DNA of 64,000 nucleotides, taken from the NCBI GenBank assembly GCA_001794215.1, contig MGJK01000011.1:3170-67169 (forward strand). Direction: 5' to 3'. The translations under genes and the position numbers were made by a program. The DNA comes from Candidatus Yanofskybacteria bacterium RIFCSPHIGHO2_01_FULL_44_24 (lineage in GTDB: Bacteria; Patescibacteriota; Minisyncoccia; 2-02-FULL-40-12; GWA2-44-9). Below are positions 56,279-64,000 of this stretch, piece after piece; the stretch's first letter is position 1; each line of letters starts with the position of its first letter. The notes under the pieces are model-generated. The model saw nothing but the letters and a program-made list of their open reading frames with translations, made no database searches and was not told the DNA's origin.

Positions 56279-56362
56279 ACTACTGCAGTCGGTGTGTTTT
56301 ACAAAAAATGTAAAATCGTTTATATTTTATCACAGATTTTTAACATTTAAAAGCGGGGCTCC

Positions 56363-56719
56363 GTGAGCGAAAATCAGAAAGATTCACCCATTACAATCAC
56401 TGAAAAAGCGGCTGAAAAACTTCTCAAGCTGATAAAGGATAAGGATTTAACTCCCGATAAAGCATTCCTCAGAGTTTTCATACACGGAGGCGGATGCTCC
56501 GGATTCCAGTATGGCCTGATGCTCGAAGGCAGTCCTTCGGAAAACGATAAAATTTTTGAATCGAACGGAGCAAAAATCGTAATTGATCCTATCAGCCTCA
56601 GATATCTCAAGGGTGCGGAAGTAGATTTATCAAATGACCTGATGGAAAGTTTCACGATAAAGAATCCTAATGCCAAGTCAACTTGCGGCTGCGGACAGTC
56701 ATTCCAGCCCGAAAATTAA
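56363..56719 (+). CDS. erpA: iron-sulfur cluster insertion protein (HesB/IscA/ErpA family)
   Basis: GGGCSGFQY ... CGCGQSF conserved Cys triad. Confidence 0.85.
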   Translation: MSENQKDSPITITEKAAEKLLKLIKDKDLTPDKAFLRVFIHGGGCSGFQYGLMLEGSPSENDKIFESNGAKIVIDPISLRYLKGAEVDLSNDLMESFTIKNPNAKSTCGCGQSFQPEN

Positions 56720-56727
56720 GCAACTCA

Positions 56728-57705
56728 TTAAGAGTTGCTTTTTAAATACCCGAGAACCAATGCCTTTGCTTCGTCGATACTTTTGCTGTCCATCAATTGA
56801 GCCCGCAAATCCTTAGCTCCCGGCCAATCATTGATGTATATTTTGAAAAACCTCTTGAGCGTATCGAAGTTTTTGACGGTGGTCTTATCCTCTCCCTTCC
56901 ATAGTTTTGAAAAATTGTCGCAATGCTGAAGCATCAACTTAATCTTATCTTTCGGCCTGATTGAGTCCGGTTTGATATTTTCGTTGAAAAACCACGGATT
57001 GTTAAATATACCGCGCCCGATCATAATCCCGTCCAATTTATACTCGGATGCTTTTTGTCTTGCTTCCGCCATATCCTTTATATCGCCATTACCGACAACT
57101 AAAGTACCAACGGGCTTGGCCATTTCGGCTATCTTTCCCATCTCATCCCAATGAGCAGGGACAGAGGACATCTCTTTACGGGTCCGCCCATGAACTACAA
57201 GCGCGGCGATCCCCTCTTCGACAAGATGGGGTATCCACGATTCAGTTTCAATTTTATTGTAACCGAGCCGAGTCTTCACCGATATCGGCAAAGAGCCGGC
57301 AACTTGTTTTGCCGCCTTAATTAACGCGCGAGCCAATTTAGGATTTTTTATAAGCGCAGCCCCCGCTCCTTGTTTCTCGATAGACCTGTCCGGGCATCCC
57401 ATATTTATATCAACCCCGTCAAAACCCATTTTTACAGCCATCTCAACGCATCTTTTAAGTTTCTCCGGATCAGCAGTGAAGAACTGAGCAACGATAGGCC
57501 TTTCATTTTTTTCAAAATAAAGCTCGCCCCTGAATTTTTCCGGACCTAAAGCACAGATACCGTCGCATGAAACAAATTCAGTATAGAATACGTCCGGTCT
57601 TCCGGTCTGAATAATTATCTGCCTGAAAGCCCAATCGGTAACATTAGCCATCGGTGCCAGAACCGTAAAAGGCTTATTCAATTTTCCCCAGAAACCATAG
57701 TTCAT
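56728..57705 (-). CDS. dus: tRNA-dihydrouridine synthase
   Basis: TIM-barrel Dus motifs (LAPMANVTD, catalytic Cys in GCP). Confidence 0.85.
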   Translation of the reverse strand: MNYGFWGKLNKPFTVLAPMANVTDWAFRQIIIQTGRPDVFYTEFVSCDGICALGPEKFRGELYFEKNERPIVAQFFTADPEKLKRCVEMAVKMGFDGVDINMGCPDRSIEKQGAGAALIKNPKLARALIKAAKQVAGSLPISVKTRLGYNKIETESWIPHLVEEGIAALVVHGRTRKEMSSVPAHWDEMGKIAEMAKPVGTLVVGNGDIKDMAEARQKASEYKLDGIMIGRGIFNNPWFFNENIKPDSIRPKDKIKLMLQHCDNFSKLWKGEDKTTVKNFDTLKRFFKIYINDWPGAKDLRAQLMDSKSIDEAKALVLGYLKSNS

Positions 57706-57761
57706 AAAAGCACATTAGTATAGAAAAACCCTCCGCCGAGGATTTTTCTATACTACTAATG

Positions 57762-57835
57762 TGCGCATGCCTGGATTTGAACCAGGGACCTCGTCATTAT
57801 CAGTGACGCGCTCTAACCAGCTGAGCTACATGCGC
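57762..57835 (-). tRNA. tRNA-Ile (anticodon GAT)
   Basis: Minus strand GCGCATGTAGCTCAGCTGGTTAGAGCGCGTCACTGATAATGACGAGGTCCCTGGTTCAAATCCAGGCATGCGCA. Confidence 0.9.
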
Positions 57836-58506
57836 ATTATTGAATCAAGATAGGCCTTTATACCCATCATAATTTCCCTCTTAACTGAACTGCTCGAAAC
57901 CTTTATCGAACAAGTGCCATGCCTAAACGATTCTTTGTATAAAAAACTAGATTTTTTTAGTTTTGAAACATAGGTCTTATAAAACTGCCCTCTTTTAAGG
58001 CATAGCTCATTTTTCCAGAATTCTTTCTCTTTTTCAAGCTCCATGTTCTCGTAGAGATGAAGCTGAGCCCTGAGCTTTGATCTCGGTAGTTTAAAAAAAT
58101 AAATTAACCATTTTATAAAAAATCTAAGGATTCTCGGGTCGGTATTGGCCAAAGACACATTATAATAATCTGTCTTAGATCCTTCAGCTAAGTACAAAGT
58201 CAGCCCGGAAATTAAAAACGATATTTTTGAAAATTTTCCAAGTCTTTTTAAATACCGCCCATATATCTTCTCATCTTTCTTCTGTCTTATTGCTCTCATG
58301 GTATTACGGAACTTTTCACGACTCGCCTCTCCTTTTGACCAAGCCGATCTTCTTAACTCCAAGATTCGCTCCTCGCTCAAAGGAAATTGCCTTAACCAAG
58401 CACTTAAAGTGCTCTTGGCAACAGGAATTTGAGCTTTAATTGACCCATAGCCCAACTGCTGTCCTATTCTCATCTGGATAGCTTTTTCTTTTAGTTCTTG
58501 ATGCAT
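57826..58506 (-). CDS. hypothetical HTH protein with a LAGLIDADG-like motif. 3' end overlaps tRNA-Ile by about 10 nt
   Basis: N-terminal HTH (SIKAQIPVAKSTLSAWLRQ). GLTLYLAEGSKTD resembles a single LAGLIDADG motif. Confidence 0.35.
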   Translation of the reverse strand: MHQELKEKAIQMRIGQQLGYGSIKAQIPVAKSTLSAWLRQFPLSEERILELRRSAWSKGEASREKFRNTMRAIRQKKDEKIYGRYLKRLGKFSKISFLISGLTLYLAEGSKTDYYNVSLANTDPRILRFFIKWLIYFFKLPRSKLRAQLHLYENMELEKEKEFWKNELCLKRGQFYKTYVSKLKKSSFLYKESFRHGTCSIKVSSSSVKREIMMGIKAYLDSIMRM

Positions 58507-58631
58507 TTAATTCGAACCTTTGTTATTAGATTGCTCAGTAATATATCTTAACAAAGAAAAATATAGCAATCAACTATTTGCTATATCACGAGCAGTTCTT
58601 CGCACAAGAAATTAAAACTAAAAGAGGGCTA

Positions 58632-60353
58632 TTAAGCCCCCAGCAACAAAGCGGTAACTTTGTCGCTTAAATTCTCTTTATTGCCCGGACTGAACTTTAA
58701 CAGCCGGCGCAGAATAGACATCTGGGTTCTCTGGGTGTCGCCCTCCGAACACATGACCACGATTTCCCGCGTCAGCCTTTCTAATTCAAAAAGGTTGTCG
58801 TTAAAAATCAACCCCGTCAAAAGACTTTCTTTCTCCGTTCTATTTTTGGCGAATGCAGCCAAAACGCTTTCCAGAACATATATTTTAATCAGGCAATCCG
58901 CTAAACTGCTCAAAACAACCTGATGTTTTTCGAGTTCGAGTCCGAATTTTTCGTAAGCCGATCCGGCTGCCATCAAAACGGCTTTTTTGGCATTATTCAG
59001 GTAGATCTTAAGGCGTTCGACGTAATCTTCCGGCTCCGTCTGAATCGAAGGGGTCATTGATTCGTTGATTACTTTTTGAATCGCATCCTTGACCGGAAGA
59101 CTTCCGGTCATTGCTTTCTTAAACAGCATGCCCGCCAAGAGCAATCTGTTTATTTCATTGGTACCTTCGAAGATTCGGTTGATTCGAGAATCACGATAAT
59201 GCCTTTCGGGATGGCCCTCGCAGAATCCGGAACCGCCATGAACCTGAACATTCTCATCGACAACAAAATCAAGGGCTTCACTGCAGAATACTTTGACAAT
59301 AGAGCATTCTATGGCGCATTCTTCGATGGCCTTCAAAATAGCCTTGGAATCTTTCGCGTCGACACCATGGATGACTTCATCGAGCATTCCGGCAGTTCTG
59401 TAAACAACGGACTCCATCGCATAGTTCAAGGCCGCCATTTGGGCAAGCTTGTGACGGATAACTCCGAAATTGCCGATTTGCCGGCCGAACTGTTTCCGCT
59501 CTTTCGAATACTGCAAGGCCTCATCCACGCATACCCTGCCCGCTCCCAAACAAGCCGCACCCAATTTAAATCTGCCAAGGTTCAAAATATTGACCGCAAT
59601 CTTGAAGCCATTGCCCTGCTCGCCAAGCATATTCTCAACCGGTACTTTTACCGAATCGAGAATCAACGTCGCCGTAGAAGAGCCCTGAATACCCATCTTA
59701 TGCTCTTCTTCTCCAACTCTTAAGCCTTCAAAAGTTTTTTCAACGATAAAGGCCGTCGGGTCCTTGCCGTTTACTTTGGCAAAAATAATGAACAGGTCGG
59801 CAAAACCTCCGTTTGTAACGAATATTTTCTCGCCGTTCAATATAAGGCACTTTCCATCTTCGGATTTTACCGCAGTCGCCCGAATACTGTTGGCATCGGA
59901 TCCGGCCACCCCTTCCGTCAAAGAATAAGCCGCCACCCACTCCCCTGAAACAAGCTTGGGCAGATACTTTTTCTTCTGTTCTTCGGTTCCGAAAAACCTG
60001 ATCGGAAGAGTGCCAATCCCCGTATGCGCCAAAAACGTACAGGCAAAGGAACCCTGCTTGGAAACATGCTCGGCTACGATAGCGGCGACTACCGCTCCAA
60101 GATCAGTCCCCCCATACTCTTCGGGAACTTCAACTCCCAAGAAACCAACCTCGGCCAGCTCACGGATAAGCTCTCTCGAAAATCCGAAGTCCTTGGATTC
60201 AATTCTCCTAATAGCTTCATCGGTAATCAGTTTTTGATCAACCACCTCCGCTATCGTTTCCTTGATTAGCCGCTGTTCGTCGGTCAGATTATTGACCGTG
60301 AGTATATCGGGAATTTTATCGCTCGGAAGAATGAATTCTCCGCCCTTCGGCAC
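58632..60353 (-). CDS. acyl-CoA dehydrogenase family protein (long form)
   Basis: 573 aa. ACAD N-terminal, middle beta-barrel and C-terminal helical domains. Confidence 0.75.
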   Translation of the reverse strand: MPKGGEFILPSDKIPDILTVNNLTDEQRLIKETIAEVVDQKLITDEAIRRIESKDFGFSRELIRELAEVGFLGVEVPEEYGGTDLGAVVAAIVAEHVSKQGSFACTFLAHTGIGTLPIRFFGTEEQKKKYLPKLVSGEWVAAYSLTEGVAGSDANSIRATAVKSEDGKCLILNGEKIFVTNGGFADLFIIFAKVNGKDPTAFIVEKTFEGLRVGEEEHKMGIQGSSTATLILDSVKVPVENMLGEQGNGFKIAVNILNLGRFKLGAACLGAGRVCVDEALQYSKERKQFGRQIGNFGVIRHKLAQMAALNYAMESVVYRTAGMLDEVIHGVDAKDSKAILKAIEECAIECSIVKVFCSEALDFVVDENVQVHGGSGFCEGHPERHYRDSRINRIFEGTNEINRLLLAGMLFKKAMTGSLPVKDAIQKVINESMTPSIQTEPEDYVERLKIYLNNAKKAVLMAAGSAYEKFGLELEKHQVVLSSLADCLIKIYVLESVLAAFAKNRTEKESLLTGLIFNDNLFELERLTREIVVMCSEGDTQRTQMSILRRLLKFSPGNKENLSDKVTALLLGA

Positions 60354-60446
60354 TCGCCGCCTCGCCTGTTTTTAAAAGTTCAGGTACGCAGACTATCTAT
60401 GCCATAATCGATTTAAAGAGTAAATACTTGTCAAATTTGGCCTCTT

Positions 60447-61019
60447 GTGGTAGGATCTTATATGCCTTTAATGACCCCTGACCCAAAAATGAAGGGTGTC
60501 CATGACGCCCTGAAAAGGAAATTTAAAGGCCGGCAACTATTATTCGGCCAGGGTTTTATTGACGCAAAAGTCGTATTTGTGGCCGAAAACCCCATATCCG
60601 AAAACGGGTCCAAGGACCTGACAAGATGGACTCCTCAATCAGAAAAGCTCCTTAATCAGCTTATCCGATCAGCCGGAATCAATAAAAACAAAACTTACTT
60701 CACTACCGTATTAAAGCACTGCCCTCAGCCGAACAAAGTACCTACATCCAAAGAGATAAAATCTTACGTTCCCTTCTTAAGGGAGGAGCTTAAAACCATA
60801 GGACCGGCCATCGTGGTCACTCTGGGCAACTTAGCCCTTAATGGAATCGGCTTGCGCCAGCCATTGGCTAATATACACGGAAGGAGCTTCAATTTCGGAA
60901 GCTATGAACTGTTCCCTACCTTCCACCCGGAAACCGCATTAAAAAGCACAGAAATAAAAACGCTCTTAGAGGGCGACTTTATAAAGCTCAAGCAAATGAT
61001 AGACAGCAAGAAGACCTAA
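60447..61019 (+). CDS. uracil-DNA glycosylase superfamily protein (family 4/5-like)
   Basis: GQGFIDAKVVFVAENP (compare GEGPxxAxxMxVGEAPG) and the ...GNLALN...H-P-E C-terminal motif. Confidence 0.6.
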   Translation: MVGSYMPLMTPDPKMKGVHDALKRKFKGRQLLFGQGFIDAKVVFVAENPISENGSKDLTRWTPQSEKLLNQLIRSAGINKNKTYFTTVLKHCPQPNKVPTSKEIKSYVPFLREELKTIGPAIVVTLGNLALNGIGLRQPLANIHGRSFNFGSYELFPTFHPETALKSTEIKTLLEGDFIKLKQMIDSKKT

Positions 61020-61043
61020 AAAATCCACCAGACGGTGGATTTT

Positions 61044-62042
61044 TTAGGGGGTTAAAGCTTTTCTTCTAAGAACTCGCTTAGCGGCTTCTTTTATAGATCC
61101 AATCCCCATTCCGAAAGATTCTATCAGCTCTAAGTGCTCGCCCGATTCTCCGAATCTATTGGCAACTCCGATATACTCCTGCGGAACAGGGTAATTTCTT
61201 GACAGAACTTCGGCCACAGCTGAACCTAATCCCCCGTTGATTTGATGCTCCTCGACCGAGACAATAGCACCTGTTTTTTTAGCTGCCTCGATTATTGTTT
61301 TTTCATCGATAGGATCCACCGTATGAGAATTGATAACCATACACTCGATTCCTTCTTTTGATAATTCTTCTGCCGCTACCAGCACATTGTGTAAAAGAAT
61401 TCCGCAACCGACAATCGCAACATCTTTGCCCTCACGAAATACCTCTGCTTTTCCAATCTCAAAAGGGGTGTCCTTAGTTGTGAAAACAGGAGACTTTTCC
61501 CTTCCCAGCCTGATATATGTCGGCTTCCCGTTGAAAGCCGCCGCCACGGTCGCCTTTTGAGCTTCCAGGGCATCGCAAGGAACGAGCACGACCATGTTGG
61601 GCTGAACTCGCATCAGGGCGATATCCTCCAACTGCTGATGAGTTGCTCCATCCGGCCCTACCGAAATACCGGCATGAGCTCCGGCTATTTTAACCGGCAC
61701 ATTATTTAAAGCAATGGTCGTTCTGATCTGTTCATTATTTCTTCCCGGACTGAAAGCCGCATAAGAAGAAATAAAAGGGATCTTGCCGTAGTTGGCCATG
61801 CCCGAAGCGACCGTTGCCATATTCTGTTCGGCAACTCCTATTTCAACGAATCTATCCGGAAATTTTTCCTTAAACCAGTGGCTCATGGTTGATTCCGTTA
61901 AATCAGCGCAAAGCACAACAACTCTTTTGTCTTTTTCTCCGGCCTCAACCAAACCTTTTCCATAACCTTGCCGAGTAGGGGCCATCTCAACCTTGGCTTT
62001 ATCAAATAAGTTTTCGACTAAGTGAGCGTTTTTATTAAGCAT
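61044..62042 (-). CDS. transketolase, C-terminal section (pyrimidine-binding and C-terminal domains)
   Basis: Split transketolase subunit B pattern (GYGKGLVEAGEKDKRVVVLCADL...). Confidence 0.85.
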   Translation of the reverse strand: MLNKNAHLVENLFDKAKVEMAPTRQGYGKGLVEAGEKDKRVVVLCADLTESTMSHWFKEKFPDRFVEIGVAEQNMATVASGMANYGKIPFISSYAAFSPGRNNEQIRTTIALNNVPVKIAGAHAGISVGPDGATHQQLEDIALMRVQPNMVVLVPCDALEAQKATVAAAFNGKPTYIRLGREKSPVFTTKDTPFEIGKAEVFREGKDVAIVGCGILLHNVLVAAEELSKEGIECMVINSHTVDPIDEKTIIEAAKKTGAIVSVEEHQINGGLGSAVAEVLSRNYPVPQEYIGVANRFGESGEHLELIESFGMGIGSIKEAAKRVLRRKALTP

Positions 62043-62191
62043 AATAAGGTTAAATTTGACTCAAAATCCGAATTTCGAAATCCGAAATAAAATCCGAAAA
62101 TCTTAAATATCAAATCCTAAATAGTTTGGAATTTGAAATTTATAATTTTGATATTATTTCGAATTTCGTATTTCGTGCTTCGAATTTTCTG

Positions 62192-62485
62192 CTATTTGCA
62201 TCTTCCGCAATCTCCGCATCTGCAGGTCATTCCGTGACTGCACGTATCCGCATTGCCCGTACCAGCAGCCATGCCCTTCCAATGTCTACCGCAACAGCCG
62301 CAGGCTTTAGCGCCAAAAGCTAAGAGCGTTAAGACGACAACGGACCAGGCATACTGACTTTCTTCAAATCCGAATACCAAAAACCCTTCCCACGTACTCC
62401 AGAAAAACAAAACGCCGGCTAAGCAAGCCAAAAGATGAAGAACTTTAACCACCCAATGATGAAAACATCTACAATCTCCTGACAT
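62192..62485 (-). CDS. Cys-rich small membrane protein (97 aa)
   Basis: Two TM segments plus C-terminal CGCCGRHW...CSHGMTCRCGDCGRC. Confidence 0.35.
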   Translation of the reverse strand: MSGDCRCFHHWVVKVLHLLACLAGVLFFWSTWEGFLVFGFEESQYAWSVVVLTLLAFGAKACGCCGRHWKGMAAGTGNADTCSHGMTCRCGDCGRCK

Positions 62486-62585
62486 AAAGCACCTCCCTTC
62501 CTGATTAGCTTAGGGTCAAGAGATCAAAGCTGAAAGCAAGAAAATATTCCGCTTTAGACTTTAAGCCTCATGCCGAAAGCCGGAT

Positions 62586-63272
62586 TTAATACCTGTTTAA
62601 AAACGAGAAGAGGATCCAAAATACGATACCGATGATTCCGGCTATTATCGTTGCCCTAAACCAGAGGTCAAGACTTGCCCTATCTTGGTTCGTCCCCTCT
62701 TTATTGACGACTCCGTCAACCCCTACTCTTTCTAATCTCTGCAGAATACCGCTATGATCCGTATCTCCTATAATTTTCCGGAAATACTGTTCGTTGAAAA
62801 ACTTGATAAGGTCATAACGGCTGACTATCCCCAAGAGCCTCTTTTGATCGTCGACCACCGGAATAGGATTAACTCTGTGATGCTGAGCAAACTCTTTGGC
62901 TAAATCTTCGACTTTCACGTCGGGACCGACCACTAAAGGATCGACATTCATTACCTCCCTAATCTTTATTTCTCTTAACTTCTTGAAATGGTCATCGAGG
63001 GTTTTATTATCTACCTTGCTTTGAGAAGCCTGCTTCATAATATTCAGTATCGTAGGCAGATGCATTCCCGAACCCTGAAGAATCATATCGTAACCGGTGA
63101 CGATACCGACTAATTTTCGGCTATGGTCAATCACCGGAAACCCGTCATAATTATACTTTTCAAAAAGCTCTGCGGCGTATTCTAAGCTGTCCTCGGGTTT
63201 AACCGAGATAACTCCGACCCGCATTATATCGCTAACGCGCGCGATCGCTTCCTGCTCTTGTTTGTTTTCCAT
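62586..63272 (-). CDS. CBS domain pair protein with C-terminal TM anchor
   Basis: Two CBS motifs (GFPVIDHSRKLVGIVTGYD; PIPVVDDQKRLLGIVSRYDL). Confidence 0.75.
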   Translation of the reverse strand: MENKQEQEAIARVSDIMRVGVISVKPEDSLEYAAELFEKYNYDGFPVIDHSRKLVGIVTGYDMILQGSGMHLPTILNIMKQASQSKVDNKTLDDHFKKLREIKIREVMNVDPLVVGPDVKVEDLAKEFAQHHRVNPIPVVDDQKRLLGIVSRYDLIKFFNEQYFRKIIGDTDHSGILQRLERVGVDGVVNKEGTNQDRASLDLWFRATIIAGIIGIVFWILFSFLNRY

Positions 63273-63327
63273 GGTTGTTTAGTAAGGTTTATATTATTTA
63301 TAATTATACAATAACTGCTTAATTTGA

Positions 63328-63969
63328 CTATTGATGCTCAGATCTGATTTTACCCCCCAAGGTTCTTAGTTCATCTAACATCTTCTTGGCCTGCTCCCCT
63401 TTCGGCCAAACATCATCCGGACCTTTTCCCGGAGGATTACCGTGCCAGCGATAATCAAATTCTATTTCTTTTATTCCTTTGCCCGGAATAGTGTGGGCGA
63501 TGATGACGGTTGGTTTCTCATATATAGTTTTGGCTTCTTCGGTAGCATCGACGAACTGTTCTAAATTGTGGCCATCCACCTCAAGGACGTGCCAGTTAAA
63601 AGATTCGTATTTCGCCCTCAATGACTCAAGGGGCATTATGTCTTCGGTCATCCCGTCAATCTGAATATTATTGCGGTCAATTATACCGACTAAATTATTC
63701 AGCCTATATTTCCCGGCGAACATAATTGATTCCCAGGTATTACCCGCATCGTGCTCGCCATCAGACATGATGCAATACACACGATTTTTCTTTTTATCCA
63801 TGCGCATGGCATAGGCAATTCCGGCCGCCTGGCCAAGCCCCGAACCTAAAGGCCCGGACGTGGTCTCAACGCCGGGTAATCTCTCCCTCTCCGGATGACC
63901 CTGCAAACGAGATCCGAATTTTCGTAAAGTTTTTAATTCTTCAACAGGAAAATACCCCGCCTGAGCCAT
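63328..63969 (-). CDS. transketolase, N-terminal (thiamine-diphosphate-binding) section, probably 5'-truncated by the window edge
   Basis: GHPERERLPGVETTSGPLGSGLGQAAGIA TPP-binding region. Confidence 0.8.
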   Translation of the reverse strand: MAQAGYFPVEELKTLRKFGSRLQGHPERERLPGVETTSGPLGSGLGQAAGIAYAMRMDKKKNRVYCIMSDGEHDAGNTWESIMFAGKYRLNNLVGIIDRNNIQIDGMTEDIMPLESLRAKYESFNWHVLEVDGHNLEQFVDATEEAKTIYEKPTVIIAHTIPGKGIKEIEFDYRWHGNPPGKGPDDVWPKGEQAKKMLDELRTLGGKIRSEHQ

Positions 63970-64000
63970 TGATACATATCTGATCGGAGTAATATGTCCG

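Noticed and set aside
1-64000. Alternative genetic code (UGA recoding), as in some CPR lineages
   Set aside because: All conserved r-proteins, EF-Tu/EF-G, SecY, FtsZ and so on translate full-length with standard stops, so there are no in-frame TGA interruptions.

Overview
This window is an AT-rich (about 40% GC), standard-code bacterial chromosome segment whose gene content and ribosomal-protein architecture look like a CPR/Patescibacteria-type small genome. There is no rpmD between rpsE and rplO, and many r-proteins carry terminal extensions.

The minus strand carries, in order of decreasing coordinate: the N-terminal part of a split transketolase; an acyl-CoA dehydrogenase; a Dus protein; tRNA-Ile(GAT) and tRNA-Ala(TGC) sitting apart from any rRNA operon; MurD; an H+-pyrophosphatase; hisS-lepB; ftsA-ftsZ; a class II (B12-dependent) ribonucleotide reductase; ComEC; and ndk. 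These are followed by a nearly complete str/S10/spc cluster (rpsL-rpsG-fusA-tuf-rpsJ ... rplO-secY-adk-map) that runs directly into the 5' end of a 23S rRNA gene at the window start. No 16S gene is present.

The most unusual feature is the non-coding architecture of this otherwise canonical cluster. Almost every r-protein gene is separated by 60-130 nt spacers built from a few recurring sequence families:
- Three copies of a roughly 105-nt element with a conserved C(UUCG)G hairpin, whose closing stem shows a compensatory base change (X-family).
- Three hairpin elements with conserved 14-15 bp terminal inverted repeats (TIRs) that abut start codons (H-family).
- AT-rich modular repeats carrying a conserved 14-nt motif immediately 5' of the ATG (A-type), and 10-bp-periodic repeats (B-type).
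- A 1.2-kb non-ribosomal insertion between rpsJ and rplC, and a 412-bp non-coding insertion between rplX and rplE.

A second hotspot, at 52.9-56.3 kb, is a small integrative element at tRNA-Ala with an 18-bp att-like duplication. It carries a large serine recombinase and a DUF218 gene, each flanked by its own perfect 96-97 bp inverted-repeat pair. Next to it sits a GIY-YIG gene bounded by direct repeats that contain a perfect 16-bp palindrome, and a LAGLIDADG-like ORF at tRNA-Ile. tRNA-Pro(GGG) is followed by about 95-bp direct repeats bracketing a SAM-methyltransferase gene. Outside the r-protein cluster the window also holds several orphan ORFs and one GC-rich structured RNA candidate.
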